A stretch of DNA of 64,000 nt, from assembly GCA_030696155.1 (NCBI GenBank), contig JAUYSY010000039.1, forward strand, positions 5,620-69,619, given 5' to 3'. Positions 30,870 through 40,325 of the stretch are shown in pieces. Numbering within the stretch: position 1 is the first letter of the stretch; every line of letters starts with the position of its first letter. The notes under the pieces were generated by a model. That model searched no databases. It had not been told where the DNA came from and saw only the letters and a list, made by a program, of their open reading frames with translations. The stretch is from Alphaproteobacteria bacterium. GTDB taxonomy: Bacteria; Pseudomonadota; Alphaproteobacteria; JAUXUR01. Both the position numbers and the translations under genes were made by a program.

Positions 30870-31403
30870 ATGAATAATCATATGAAATCACAATCGATTG
30901 AAATCAAACCTTTTACTAAACACCATATTCCTGAGATTGTTTCAGGTTTTGAAGCACATCTTTGGCCAAAACCCATTGAAACATTTGAAACCTATTGGCG
31001 CGAACAAGAAAAGAGTGAACGTTTAATATGGCTCGCTTATTATGACAATTTATTTGCTGGATACATCACGATTAAATTTGAATCTTACTACAAACCCTTT
31101 CATGATAAAAATATCCCAGAAATAATGGACCTTAATGTATTACCGCCGTTTAGAAATAATGGAATAGGATCAACTTTATTAGATCACGCAGAAAATGAAG
31201 CTTTTAAAAAAAGTAATATTATTGGCCTAGGTGTTGGTCTTTACAAAGATTATGGTTCTGCTCAAAAAATATATGTAAAACGTGGATATGTTCCAGATGG
31301 TCTAGGTGTTACTTATAATTATCTTCCTGTAATGCCTGGAACCAATGTCTGTCTGGATGATGATCTGATTTTATGGTTCATAAAAAGAAGGCCAATAGAT
31401 TGA
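30870..31403 (+). CDS. GNAT family N-acetyltransferase
   Basis: LNVLPPFRNNGIGSTLL, IGLGVGLYKDYGSAQKIYVKRGY. Confidence 0.9.
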   Translation: MNNHMKSQSIEIKPFTKHHIPEIVSGFEAHLWPKPIETFETYWREQEKSERLIWLAYYDNLFAGYITIKFESYYKPFHDKNIPEIMDLNVLPPFRNNGIGSTLLDHAENEAFKKSNIIGLGVGLYKDYGSAQKIYVKRGYVPDGLGVTYNYLPVMPGTNVCLDDDLILWFIKRRPID

Positions 31404-31411
31404 TTCATAAC

Positions 31412-33034
31412 CTATCGTATGATTTCTAAATCTTTTGAATAAAAAATATCAAGAACATTGTTCGACGTCATTTCATACCCTTTAATATAAGGTTTAACCA
31501 AACGGGACCTAACCGCATGATATAATGGAATCAGCGCATGTTTGTCTAAAAGCATTTTTTCTGCATTACCCATCAAAATCGCCCTCTCATCCAAATTATT
31601 CGTCATTGATGCTTTTTTCATAAGATTATCGTAAGTTAGAGAGCTATAAGCTAAATCATTTAATCCTGTATTAGAAATAAGCGTTTCTAAAAAAGTATAT
31701 GGATCATTATAATCGCCAATCCAACCAGCTCCACAGATTTCAAAGTTTTTTTTCTCGAAACGTTCTTGTAAAAATACTTTTGATTCCATATTGTGAAGAG
31801 TCACTTGAATCCCAGGTAAATATTGTTTCCACATATTAACGACTGCAACTGCGATTTTTTTATAATTTTCATTTGTTTCAAATGAAAAAGTTATATTCAG
31901 AGGTCTTTTTTCTGAGTATCCGGCTTCCTTGTATAAGGCTTTAGCACGCTCAATACGATCATTCATAGGTGTATCTTTGAATGCAACAGATTGTGGTCGC
32001 GCATTCGCCGTATTAGGTGGCACAAAGCCATATGCTGGTATTTCGCCTGCTGCAATTATTTTTGCAGAAAGTATCTCGCGATCAATAACAAGAGAGAGCG
32101 CTTCACGTACTTTCTTGCTTTTACCTAAAGGTTCTTTAGCTAGATTAATACCATAATAAAAAGTTGTAAGATAAGGTTGTGTTTTTAAATCTTTACTTAA
32201 CTTTGAATCTTCTTTCACTTGTTTGAAACGGTCAGATGACAAGGTAAAAGTTAAATCTAATTCATTTGCTCTATATTTTTTTAGGATAGTATTTGCATCT
32301 TCTATTGGATAATATTGTACTTTGTCAAGTTTGACATGTTCTCGATCCCAGTAATGTAGATTTTTTGAAAGTGTAATATATTCATTAAAACGTCTATCAG
32401 AAAGAACGAAAGCGCCGTTTGAAATAAGATTACCTGGTTTAATAAAATCTGAGTCTCCAAATTTTTCATAAGAAGCTTTATGAAAGGGAAAAAAGGATGG
32501 ATGCAAAAGTGCGTTTAAAAAATAAGGCGTCGTGGCTTTAAGCTTAACCTCAAGAATATGATCATCAATCGCTTTCACACCTAATTGAGATAAATCTATG
32601 ATCTTGCCTTTATTTATTTGTTCAGCGTTTAAGATAGGATAATGAATGAAGGCATAAGTAGAGGCGGTTTTTGGATCTAGTACATGCTGCCAGGCAAAAA
32701 CAAAATCATGTGCAGTGAGCTTATCGCCATTAGACCATTTAATGTCTTTACGTAAGTGAAAGCGATATAATTTCCCATCATCTTCAATATCCCATTTTTC
32801 AGCATTTCCTGGGATAATTTTTCCATCCTGATTGCACAATATAAGGCCTTCATAAAGATCTCGCATAATAAAATAGGATAAAACATCACAAGATTTCGCT
32901 ATGTGGAGGGAATCTGGTTCTGCATCTAAACTACGTTTTAAAATTTGAACATCTTTTTTATTAGCCTTAAGATCAGCATCAACCAAGAAGACACTTAGTA
33001 TAATAGTTATTAAAATTGTAAATAATTTCTTCAC
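31412..33034 (-). CDS. oppA: Oligopeptide ABC transporter substrate-binding protein (no permease nearby)
   Basis: LYEGL, KWSNGDKLTAHDFVFAW, SNGAF, GWIGDYNDP; GTG start. Confidence 0.9.
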   Translation of the reverse strand: MKKLFTILITIILSVFLVDADLKANKKDVQILKRSLDAEPDSLHIAKSCDVLSYFIMRDLYEGLILCNQDGKIIPGNAEKWDIEDDGKLYRFHLRKDIKWSNGDKLTAHDFVFAWQHVLDPKTASTYAFIHYPILNAEQINKGKIIDLSQLGVKAIDDHILEVKLKATTPYFLNALLHPSFFPFHKASYEKFGDSDFIKPGNLISNGAFVLSDRRFNEYITLSKNLHYWDREHVKLDKVQYYPIEDANTILKKYRANELDLTFTLSSDRFKQVKEDSKLSKDLKTQPYLTTFYYGINLAKEPLGKSKKVREALSLVIDREILSAKIIAAGEIPAYGFVPPNTANARPQSVAFKDTPMNDRIERAKALYKEAGYSEKRPLNITFSFETNENYKKIAVAVVNMWKQYLPGIQVTLHNMESKVFLQERFEKKNFEICGAGWIGDYNDPYTFLETLISNTGLNDLAYSSLTYDNLMKKASMTNNLDERAILMGNAEKMLLDKHALIPLYHAVRSRLVKPYIKGYEMTSNNVLDIFYSKDLEIIR

Positions 33035-33151
33035 AATTCCCTCTAATTTTTTTAACGTTTCTTTAACAAAATAAAGTTAAATTACTATAATTATCTTCAT
33101 ATATTTCCTGGAAGTGATATAAAATTTTATGATGATCTAATTTTGTGGTTC

Positions 33152-33206
33152 AAAAAAAAAGAGGCCAAAGCCCCCTTTTTTATATAATGCCTTCCAAAAG
33201 AAGGCA
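33152..33206. terminator. Intrinsic terminator hairpins
   Basis: A-run-GAGGC-CAAA-GCCCC-T-run and TGCCTTC-CAAAA-GAAGGCA below the 33217 gene. Confidence 0.55.
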
Positions 33207-33216
33207 ATTAGTTTAA

Positions 33217-34131
33217 TTATTCTGAACTTGATTCAGATTCTACAAAAGAAACTGGTACAGATGCTGAATTTTCAGGTATCTCCTCTCCCAATGGCATAGC
33301 TTGTGGAATAACCTGAGGCATGCCTTGTGGCATTTCCATAGGAACGCCTTGAGGCATACCAGTGCTTTGTTTTCCTTGAAGCATGCTCTCAATCCCTTTA
33401 GAAAGACCTTGAACATCTGTTGAAAGTTTACTTAAATTCAACGTATCAATGATAGCGGACACAGATTTGTAACGATTTTTAAGTTTTTCTTTAAATTCAG
33501 GTGAATCAAATTTAACTGTTAATTGAAGCGCTGTTAATTCTTCTTCAACAAGCTTCGTCAATTCTTGTCCTTTTTTTATCCATTCTTTTGGATTTTGTTG
33601 TAATGCAAATCCCATTCCAAGGCCAATAATCTCTTGAGTGTATTGCGCAAGAACAGCAGGATCTTTAAGTGCACTGAAAAGAGGTCCTAAAATCCAAGTG
33701 AGCATAAAATCATATTGCTTTTGCATAACAGGTTTTTGATAAATTTCAATAAGCTCTTTTAATTCAGCTTCTGTAAAATGCTTTGCAGCTTCTGCAATCA
33801 TTGGTTTTTTAATAACATTCATCACAGGTTGAATAAATTGCATCAAATATTCATTAGCCTTTGCCAAAGTTTTATCAAAGGGTTTTGCAGGCATATCAAG
33901 CCCTTTAAACTCTTCCTCAAGGGGAGCTAGAAATTTACGAATGTCAGGAAATGTTAGTAATTTTGAAACTTCTAAAAATTTATCAGCCAATTGAACCTTA
34001 GAACCTGTTGATTCAGCTATCTCTGTTTTAGCATTTGCAGGCGCATCTTTGCTGCCCATCGCATTGCTTTGATTTATTGATGTAAAGGTTAAAAGTGAAA
34101 AACATATGATGGATGTTAACTTACGATTCAT
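33217..34131 (-). CDS. Secreted hypothetical protein with DUF2059-like segment and MPQ-repeat tail
   Basis: Signal peptide; AKHFTEAELKELIEIYQKPVMQK; GMPQGVPMEMPQGMPQVIPQAMP. Confidence 0.65.
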   Translation of the reverse strand: MNRKLTSIICFSLLTFTSINQSNAMGSKDAPANAKTEIAESTGSKVQLADKFLEVSKLLTFPDIRKFLAPLEEEFKGLDMPAKPFDKTLAKANEYLMQFIQPVMNVIKKPMIAEAAKHFTEAELKELIEIYQKPVMQKQYDFMLTWILGPLFSALKDPAVLAQYTQEIIGLGMGFALQQNPKEWIKKGQELTKLVEEELTALQLTVKFDSPEFKEKLKNRYKSVSAIIDTLNLSKLSTDVQGLSKGIESMLQGKQSTGMPQGVPMEMPQGMPQVIPQAMPLGEEIPENSASVPVSFVESESSSE

Positions 34132-34191
34132 TTGGCTCTCCTTAAGAAATATACGTCATGTTAAAAGATATAGTTTTTTTGTCAACGCTTA

Positions 34192-35091
34192 TTAAAAATC
34201 TTCACTTAAATTAAACTTCATCCATTCTGGTATAAAAGGATGAATTATTGTGCCTGAAGATTTTATTACACCTTTATTGTTGATAAGCTCTTTAAGATAT
34301 TCCAATCTAAAAAGGCCTAACCCTATGTTAGAACTGACTGATTTTATTTCACCTGCACTATTTTCAAGAAGATGCACAACATCACCTATAATGGGCGTTG
34401 TACCGATATAAGAAAAAGGTAAAAGTCTTTTACGCACCAATCCCCTATATTTAGTTCTTGCCGTTAGTTCTTGTCCTAAATAGCACCCTTTTTCCCAATC
34501 AATAGCACCCATATCGTCAAAACCATTTTCAAGTAAAATAGCCTTTCCTGATTGTAGATCGCGTGCGCCATCAGGAATACCCAATTTCATACGATGTTCA
34601 TCATAATCGTCGAGTGATTTTTCCATAAAGGAATTTTGTTTTAAAAACGCATCATTTTCTAAATAAGCACGCCCACCGAGCATATTTAATCTAGGATCTT
34701 TAAAAATGATCCCTTCACTTATTTCTAAAATCGTTTGATTATCAGCAAAATTAAATAGATGTGACCAATTTTTACCCCATATTGCATATATCTTATGAGA
34801 TTCAATAGGTTGCAATATAACTTTTTGTCTTAATTTATAAAGGGTCAATTTTTTCTTGAAATCTTCAAAACTTTCTTTGAAAGAATCCATCCAAATGTCA
34901 CCTTGAAACAATGTGATCAATAGATCTTCTAAAAATTTACCCTGAGGTGTCAGAAAAGCCGCATAAATTGGCTTCTGTTGGGTTAAAATGCGCGCGTCAT
35001 TACTTATAAGACCCTGCAAAAATTCAATTGTATCGACACCTGAAATTTTCAGAATTTGTCGATAGTCCAATCGTGTATAAAATAAGCCCAT
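34192..35091 (-). CDS. ygfZ: Folate-binding Fe-S repair protein YgfZ
   Basis: FLQGLISND, KGCYLGQELTAR. Confidence 0.93.
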   Translation of the reverse strand: MGLFYTRLDYRQILKISGVDTIEFLQGLISNDARILTQQKPIYAAFLTPQGKFLEDLLITLFQGDIWMDSFKESFEDFKKKLTLYKLRQKVILQPIESHKIYAIWGKNWSHLFNFADNQTILEISEGIIFKDPRLNMLGGRAYLENDAFLKQNSFMEKSLDDYDEHRMKLGIPDGARDLQSGKAILLENGFDDMGAIDWEKGCYLGQELTARTKYRGLVRKRLLPFSYIGTTPIIGDVVHLLENSAGEIKSVSSNIGLGLFRLEYLKELINNKGVIKSSGTIIHPFIPEWMKFNLSEDF

Positions 35092-35118
35092 ATATCTGTA
35101 AACTTAATGTCCCGAAAA

Positions 35119-35364
35119 CTATGCAACGATGTTTGGATGAAGTTCGCTCTGAAAGTGATCTATTTGAACTTTAATATTCTTCTTGACTTGTTGTAAGCGT
35201 GCCAATTGCAATTGATTTGAAGGCGACGTTTTAATGAATTTCTGAATTTCTTCATCGATTTTTTTGTAAGAATTTTTTAAAACTGACAGCTTGCGCATAA
35301 GATCCTCGCCATCATCTAGAGGCGAAAGCTCAAAAAAAGAAGTCGATTGAACAGATGTTAACAT
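35119..35364 (-). CDS. YdcH/DUF465-like small coiled-coil protein
   Basis: LQLARLQQVKKNIKVQI...PNIVA ending. Confidence 0.6.
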   Translation of the reverse strand: MLTSVQSTSFFELSPLDDGEDLMRKLSVLKNSYKKIDEEIQKFIKTSPSNQLQLARLQQVKKNIKVQIDHFQSELHPNIVA

Positions 35365-35541
35365 GATATTTTTACCCTTTTTTAACTAATTTGTGGTATC
35401 TTTGGTTACAGTGACTCTCTATCCTCATTTGACAATATTTAGAGTTAAAATGCAAGAAAAAAATAAAGACATAATGAAACAGCATTGTTTACACTAAAAA
35501 AAATTAAATTTTGTTAAAATTACAAGTAATATGGACAAAAA

Positions 35542-37005
35542 ATGGCTTATATTATTCCGATGATTCCTTTTGAAATGCTTGTTTTTGGAGGCGCAGGTGA
35601 TCTGTCAATGCGTAAACTTATGCCGGCACTTTTCCATCTTCATTGTGATAATCGACTTCCAATTCATGGAAAAGTATATTGCTTAGGCCGCGAAAATTTA
35701 TCAAAAGAAGATTTTATTCAATCTATTTTTGATATGCATCAACCCCTTTTTGCAGAACAAAAAGAAAAAGTTGATTCTTTTTTTGAACGTATTCATTACA
35801 TTCAATTTGAAGCGCTGAATATTGAATCCTACAAAAAAATTAAAACAATATTATCAAGCGATACTGAACTGGCGCGCATTTTTTATTTAGCAACGCCTTC
35901 TTCACTTTTTGGTCCCATTTCGCAGAATATTTCACTTGCGGATTTAATGACTAAAAAATCACGCGTCGTTGTTGAAAAACCTTTGGGCCATGATTTAGCC
36001 TCGTTCCAAAAAATAAATAATCTTATTTGTGATGTTTTTCAAGAAAGTCAAATTTATCGTATTGATCATTATTTAGGCAAAGAAACAGTACAAAATTTAA
36101 TGGCGTTACGTTTTACGAACACACTTTTTGAATCTATGTGGAATCGCTCCTACATCAGCCATGTTCAAATCACCGTTGCAGAAACAATTGGCATTGAAGG
36201 ACGTCATCAATTTTATGACCAATCAGGCGCCTTACGTGACATGGTTCAAAATCATTTGTTGCAACTTTTATGCTTAGTCGCAATGGAGCCGCCATCAAAT
36301 GCAGAGGCCAATACGATTCGTGACGAAAAGTTACGTGTTCTTAAAGCGTTAAGACCCATTAAAGATCAAGATGTTATTACGCATGTTGTTAGAGCGCAAT
36401 ACAAACAGGGCAACATACAAGATGTAAACGTAAAAGGATATTTGGAAGAGCAAAATATACCCCAAACAAGCACAACCGAAACTTTTATTGCCCTTAAAAC
36501 CTATATTGATAATTGGCGATGGGCTGGCATTCCTTTTTATCTACGTACAGGTAAACGTTTACATAATCGATATTCTGAAATTGTCATTCAATTTAAAAAA
36601 GTGCCCCATCTTATTTATCCATCAAGTGTTGGTATTATTGAAGAAAATAGATTAGTGATACGGCTTCAACCAGATGAGGGCATCAAATTTAAATTAATGT
36701 CTAAGACCCCTGGCCCTGGTATGAATCTGGTGCCCGTATACCTAAATTTAAATTTTGCCGAAACTTTTAATGAGCGTTATCCAGATGCCTATGAACGCCT
36801 TATCATGGATGTTGTGCGCGGCATTCCAACCCTATTTATGCGTAAAGATGAGGTTGAAGAAGCATGGAAATGGACAGAAAATATTCTTAATGCATGGCAA
36901 GAATTATCACCGCCGCTAAAAACATATCCCGCAGGCACTTGGGGACCTACTTCATCTATTGCGCTTATTGAGCGAGATGGGTTTACCTGGCATGAGGACA
37001 TATAA
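35542..37005 (+). CDS. zwf: Glucose-6-phosphate dehydrogenase
   Basis: GGAGDL, EKPLG, RIDHYLGKE, RDMVQNHLLQ. Confidence 0.97.
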   Translation: MAYIIPMIPFEMLVFGGAGDLSMRKLMPALFHLHCDNRLPIHGKVYCLGRENLSKEDFIQSIFDMHQPLFAEQKEKVDSFFERIHYIQFEALNIESYKKIKTILSSDTELARIFYLATPSSLFGPISQNISLADLMTKKSRVVVEKPLGHDLASFQKINNLICDVFQESQIYRIDHYLGKETVQNLMALRFTNTLFESMWNRSYISHVQITVAETIGIEGRHQFYDQSGALRDMVQNHLLQLLCLVAMEPPSNAEANTIRDEKLRVLKALRPIKDQDVITHVVRAQYKQGNIQDVNVKGYLEEQNIPQTSTTETFIALKTYIDNWRWAGIPFYLRTGKRLHNRYSEIVIQFKKVPHLIYPSSVGIIEENRLVIRLQPDEGIKFKLMSKTPGPGMNLVPVYLNLNFAETFNERYPDAYERLIMDVVRGIPTLFMRKDEVEEAWKWTENILNAWQELSPPLKTYPAGTWGPTSSIALIERDGFTWHEDI

Positions 37006-37670
37006 TGCCTATTGTAAAACATTATTTTAATAATGAAGACAAACTTACCCAAAAAATTTATACGGATTTCAAAAAAGAACGTCAAAAAATAAATTCACTT
37101 AATCAAGTTGTAGCGCTTGCTGGAGGATCTACACCTGAAAAATTATATACATTATTAGGTCAAGAAGATTGGAATAATGTGTGTTTTACTTTAAGCGACG
37201 AAAGACTTCTTGCTCACAATCATATTGGACGAAATGAAACGTTGCTTTATCAAACGCTTTTTAAAAATACCCCTAATCCAGATTTTTTTAGTTTAGCACC
37301 TCTTAATTTTAATCAACAAACACTAGAAAAATCATTGAATGAAGCATGGCTCAGCCAAAATAAAAAATTGCATCTTGTTTTGTTAGGCATGGGTGAAGAC
37401 GGTCATATCGCTTCTCTTTTTCCACCTCAGGAATATGTTGAAAACGACCCAAAAATATTCATTGAAACGAAAGGGCCCATGCCTTTTCCCAATCGCATAG
37501 GCTTAAGTTTTAATGCATTATGTGAAACATCTATAATTTTTCTTTTTATAAAAGGCGCAAAAAAGAAAGAAATTTTAGAGAAAGCATTATTAAAAGAAGA
37601 TACAAATTTACCCATTTCAATTCTTTTAGCACATAGTAAAAAATCAATTCATGTTTATTGGGCAGAATAA
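37005..37670 (+). CDS. pgl: 6-phosphogluconolactonase
   Basis: LAGGSTP, DER, LGMGEDGHIASLFP. Confidence 0.92.
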   Translation: MPIVKHYFNNEDKLTQKIYTDFKKERQKINSLNQVVALAGGSTPEKLYTLLGQEDWNNVCFTLSDERLLAHNHIGRNETLLYQTLFKNTPNPDFFSLAPLNFNQQTLEKSLNEAWLSQNKKLHLVLLGMGEDGHIASLFPPQEYVENDPKIFIETKGPMPFPNRIGLSFNALCETSIIFLFIKGAKKKEILEKALLKEDTNLPISILLAHSKKSIHVYWAE

Positions 37671-37738
37671 AATATACAGAATAAAACACTATGAAAAAAC
37701 TAAAATTTAGCATAATATGTCCTTGAATTTAAAGTCAC

Positions 37739-37814
37739 GGGTGCGTAGCTCAGTTGGGAGAGCAGCTGACTCTTAATCAGCGGGTCCTAGGTTCGATCCC
37801 TAGTGCGCCCACCA
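37739..37814 (+). tRNA. tRNA-Lys (CTT)
   Basis: GGGTGCG acceptor stem, GCTGA-CTCTTAA-TCAGC anticodon arm, GGTTCGATCC T-arm, encoded CCA. Confidence 0.97.
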
Positions 37815-37830
37815 TTTTTTCATAAAACAT

Positions 37831-37954
37831 TGCTCGGATTATTTCAAAGTGTGGGTAGGAAGATAAGTGGTGAGCAAACGGAGTGTATTCTTCATACATG
37901 AGTATAGTAAATCCCGAAATCTGACGCCCTCCACAATTTGAAAGAATTTGAGCA
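37831..37954. repeat. 124-bp RPE-like palindromic element
   Basis: IR TGCTCGGATTATTTCAAA / TTTGAAAGAATTTGAGCA; core GTGTATTCTTCATACATGAG identical to that in the 13314 element. Confidence 0.8.
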
Positions 37955-37955
37955 T

Positions 37956-38513
37956 ATGAGAATTATAGCAGGCCAATTACGTGGACGTTCCCTCGTCTCA
38001 CCACAAACTGAATCAATTCGACCCACAAGTGATCGTGTTAGACAAGCAGCTTTCAATATTATTGAACACAAATTAGATTTTTCTTTTGCTGACAAAATTA
38101 TATTAGATATTTTTGGTGGCACGGGTGCTCTTGGATTTGAAGCTCTTTCGCGAGGCGCTCAATCTGTCACCTACTTTGATACATTAAAAGAAGCACATCT
38201 GGTCGCACGTCAAAATGCTGAAAATCTTAAACTTATTGATAAAATAATTTTTAGACAAATGGATGCGCTCAATCCGCCAATGGCCTCCCATCCTGTTGAT
38301 TTTGTTTTTATGGATCCACCGTATAATATGCAACTTGCTGAAAAAGCACTTATGGCGTTTAAATCAAAAAATTGGTTTAAGAAAGAAACCTATTTTATGG
38401 TCGAGGAATTAAAAAATGTTAATCCCAACTGGCCTGATTTTTTAACTCAAATAGACGAACGTGTTTACGGTAAAACAAAAATTATTTTTTTACAAATTAA
38501 AGAAGAAACTTAA
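37956..38513 (+). CDS. rsmD: 16S rRNA (guanine966-N2) methyltransferase
   Basis: MRIIAG, RPTSDRVR, DIFGGTGALG.EALSRGA, DPPY. Confidence 0.93.
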   Translation: MRIIAGQLRGRSLVSPQTESIRPTSDRVRQAAFNIIEHKLDFSFADKIILDIFGGTGALGFEALSRGAQSVTYFDTLKEAHLVARQNAENLKLIDKIIFRQMDALNPPMASHPVDFVFMDPPYNMQLAEKALMAFKSKNWFKKETYFMVEELKNVNPNWPDFLTQIDERVYGKTKIIFLQIKEET

Positions 38514-38536
38514 TTTTTCCAAAGATAACAACATGT

Positions 38537-40009
38537 TTATTGAACTTTAGCTTTAACTTTTCCATCTTTGAATCGAAGCATTACATTGTCATTTTGTTTA
38601 ATATTTTCAACGCTTGTAATTGTTTTGTGATCCTGGTTTTCAACGATTACAAATCCGCGGTTAAGTGTATTTTCATAAGAAAGTGTCTTTAATAAAACTG
38701 CATTTTGCTGCGTAATATTGATTTTGTCTTTCATCAATTGCGACACGTTTTTTGTCATCGCTTTTTGATAAAGATTTAAATTTTCATGATTTTTTTGGAT
38801 ATTATTAACAATAGAAGAGGGTTTTAAAAATCCTGCAATTTGTTTAAACGCATTTGTTTTAAATGTTATTGTTTTTTCATAAGATTCTTTGAATGTTTTA
38901 AATAAATTTTTTGCTTCTTGTTCCATCAATTGCACCTTATGTTTAGGATGTAATATTTTGTGACTAATAGCTTGAAAAGTATTAGTTTTTTCAGCCATTA
39001 ATAAACGAACAGAATGTTGAAGTTTTTCACTATATAGATCTAATTTTTGATTTTTTTCATCAAATTTGGATAATACTTGTTTTAAATGTTTGGTGATATT
39101 GGTTAAATTTAATGTGTGAATTTGTACTTTTTTACGTGCAGAATGACTTGCCCTGAATTGTAAATGCACCAATTTTTCATAAAGCTCTTGCCTAACGGGT
39201 ACTGCCATTTCAGCTGCAGCACTTGGCGTTGGTGCACGCAAATCTGAGGCGAAATCAATTAAAGTCGTATCCGTTTCATGACCGATGGCCGAAATCAAAG
39301 GAATGCTTGAATTTGCAGCCGCACGTACTACAATTTCTTCATTAAAGGTCCAAAGATCTTCAATAGAACCACCGCCACGCGCAACAATTAATAAATCGGG
39401 TCGTAAGCCGGACGTGGTGCTTAATTGATTAAAGCCGTTGATGGCTGCTGCTATTTGATCTTTTGCGCCTTCCCCTTGCACAAGACAGGGCCAAACTAAA
39501 ACGCGGCTGGGAAAACGATCTTGAATCCGATGCAAAATATCACGAATGACAGAACCTGTTGGCGATGTAATAACACCAATAATTAAAGGCAAAAATGGAA
39601 TAGGTTTTTTACGTGCTGGATCAAATAATCCTTCAGCGAGTAGTTTTTGCTTTCTTTTTTCAAGCAAAGCAAGAAGAGCGCCCTCACCCGCAAGTTCCAT
39701 CGAATCAACAATAATTTGATATTTCGACCGTCCAGGAAAAGTTGTAATTTTTCCACGACAAATAACCTCTAACCCATCTTCAGGATTAAAAGGAAATTTA
39801 AGGGCCGTACCACGCCAAGCGACCGCATCTAATATCGCGTCTTGATCTTTGAGTGTAAAATAAACATGGCCTGATGTTGCACGTTTAAAACCCGAAATTT
39901 CACCCCGGACACGCACTAAAGAAAATTGATCTTCAACGGTTTTTTTGAGTGCAGAAGACAGTTCAGAAACAGAAAAAATAGGAAGATTATGTTCGTTTAA
40001 ATATAGCAT
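38537..40009 (-). CDS. xseA: Exodeoxyribonuclease VII large subunit
   Basis: [41 protein letters not shown]. Confidence 0.96.
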   Translation of the reverse strand: MLYLNEHNLPIFSVSELSSALKKTVEDQFSLVRVRGEISGFKRATSGHVYFTLKDQDAILDAVAWRGTALKFPFNPEDGLEVICRGKITTFPGRSKYQIIVDSMELAGEGALLALLEKRKQKLLAEGLFDPARKKPIPFLPLIIGVITSPTGSVIRDILHRIQDRFPSRVLVWPCLVQGEGAKDQIAAAINGFNQLSTTSGLRPDLLIVARGGGSIEDLWTFNEEIVVRAAANSSIPLISAIGHETDTTLIDFASDLRAPTPSAAAEMAVPVRQELYEKLVHLQFRASHSARKKVQIHTLNLTNITKHLKQVLSKFDEKNQKLDLYSEKLQHSVRLLMAEKTNTFQAISHKILHPKHKVQLMEQEAKNLFKTFKESYEKTITFKTNAFKQIAGFLKPSSIVNNIQKNHENLNLYQKAMTKNVSQLMKDKINITQQNAVLLKTLSYENTLNRGFVIVENQDHKTITSVENIKQNDNVMLRFKDGKVKAKVQ

Positions 40010-40253
40010 CTAATTTATAATATATCCCTAGCCTAGTAAGATAGTACCAAAATAATACTACAATCAAAAGAAAAACAAATGAAATACGTATATTTTATTA
40101 AGATATGTCATAAACGCACCACAAATCTCGTGACCTCAAATTATGAGCTAATGTATCAGTGTTCTAAAAAAAAATAAAAACTGACTATACATTAATAAAA
40201 CTATTGATTTTTATACTATTTAACATTGTCTTTATGATAAATAGATTATTTTC

Positions 40254-40282
40254 TTGACATGACAGCAATATTGTCATATTGT
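40254..40282 (+). promoter_or_regulatory. sigma70 promoter with a palindrome in the spacer
   Basis: TTGACA-17-TATTGT; ATGACA-N7-TGTCAT at 40259-40277. Confidence 0.6.
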
Positions 40283-40325
40283 GACTTCATATTAAAATGT
40301 ATTAATTTATTAAAAGGAAGTTAAA

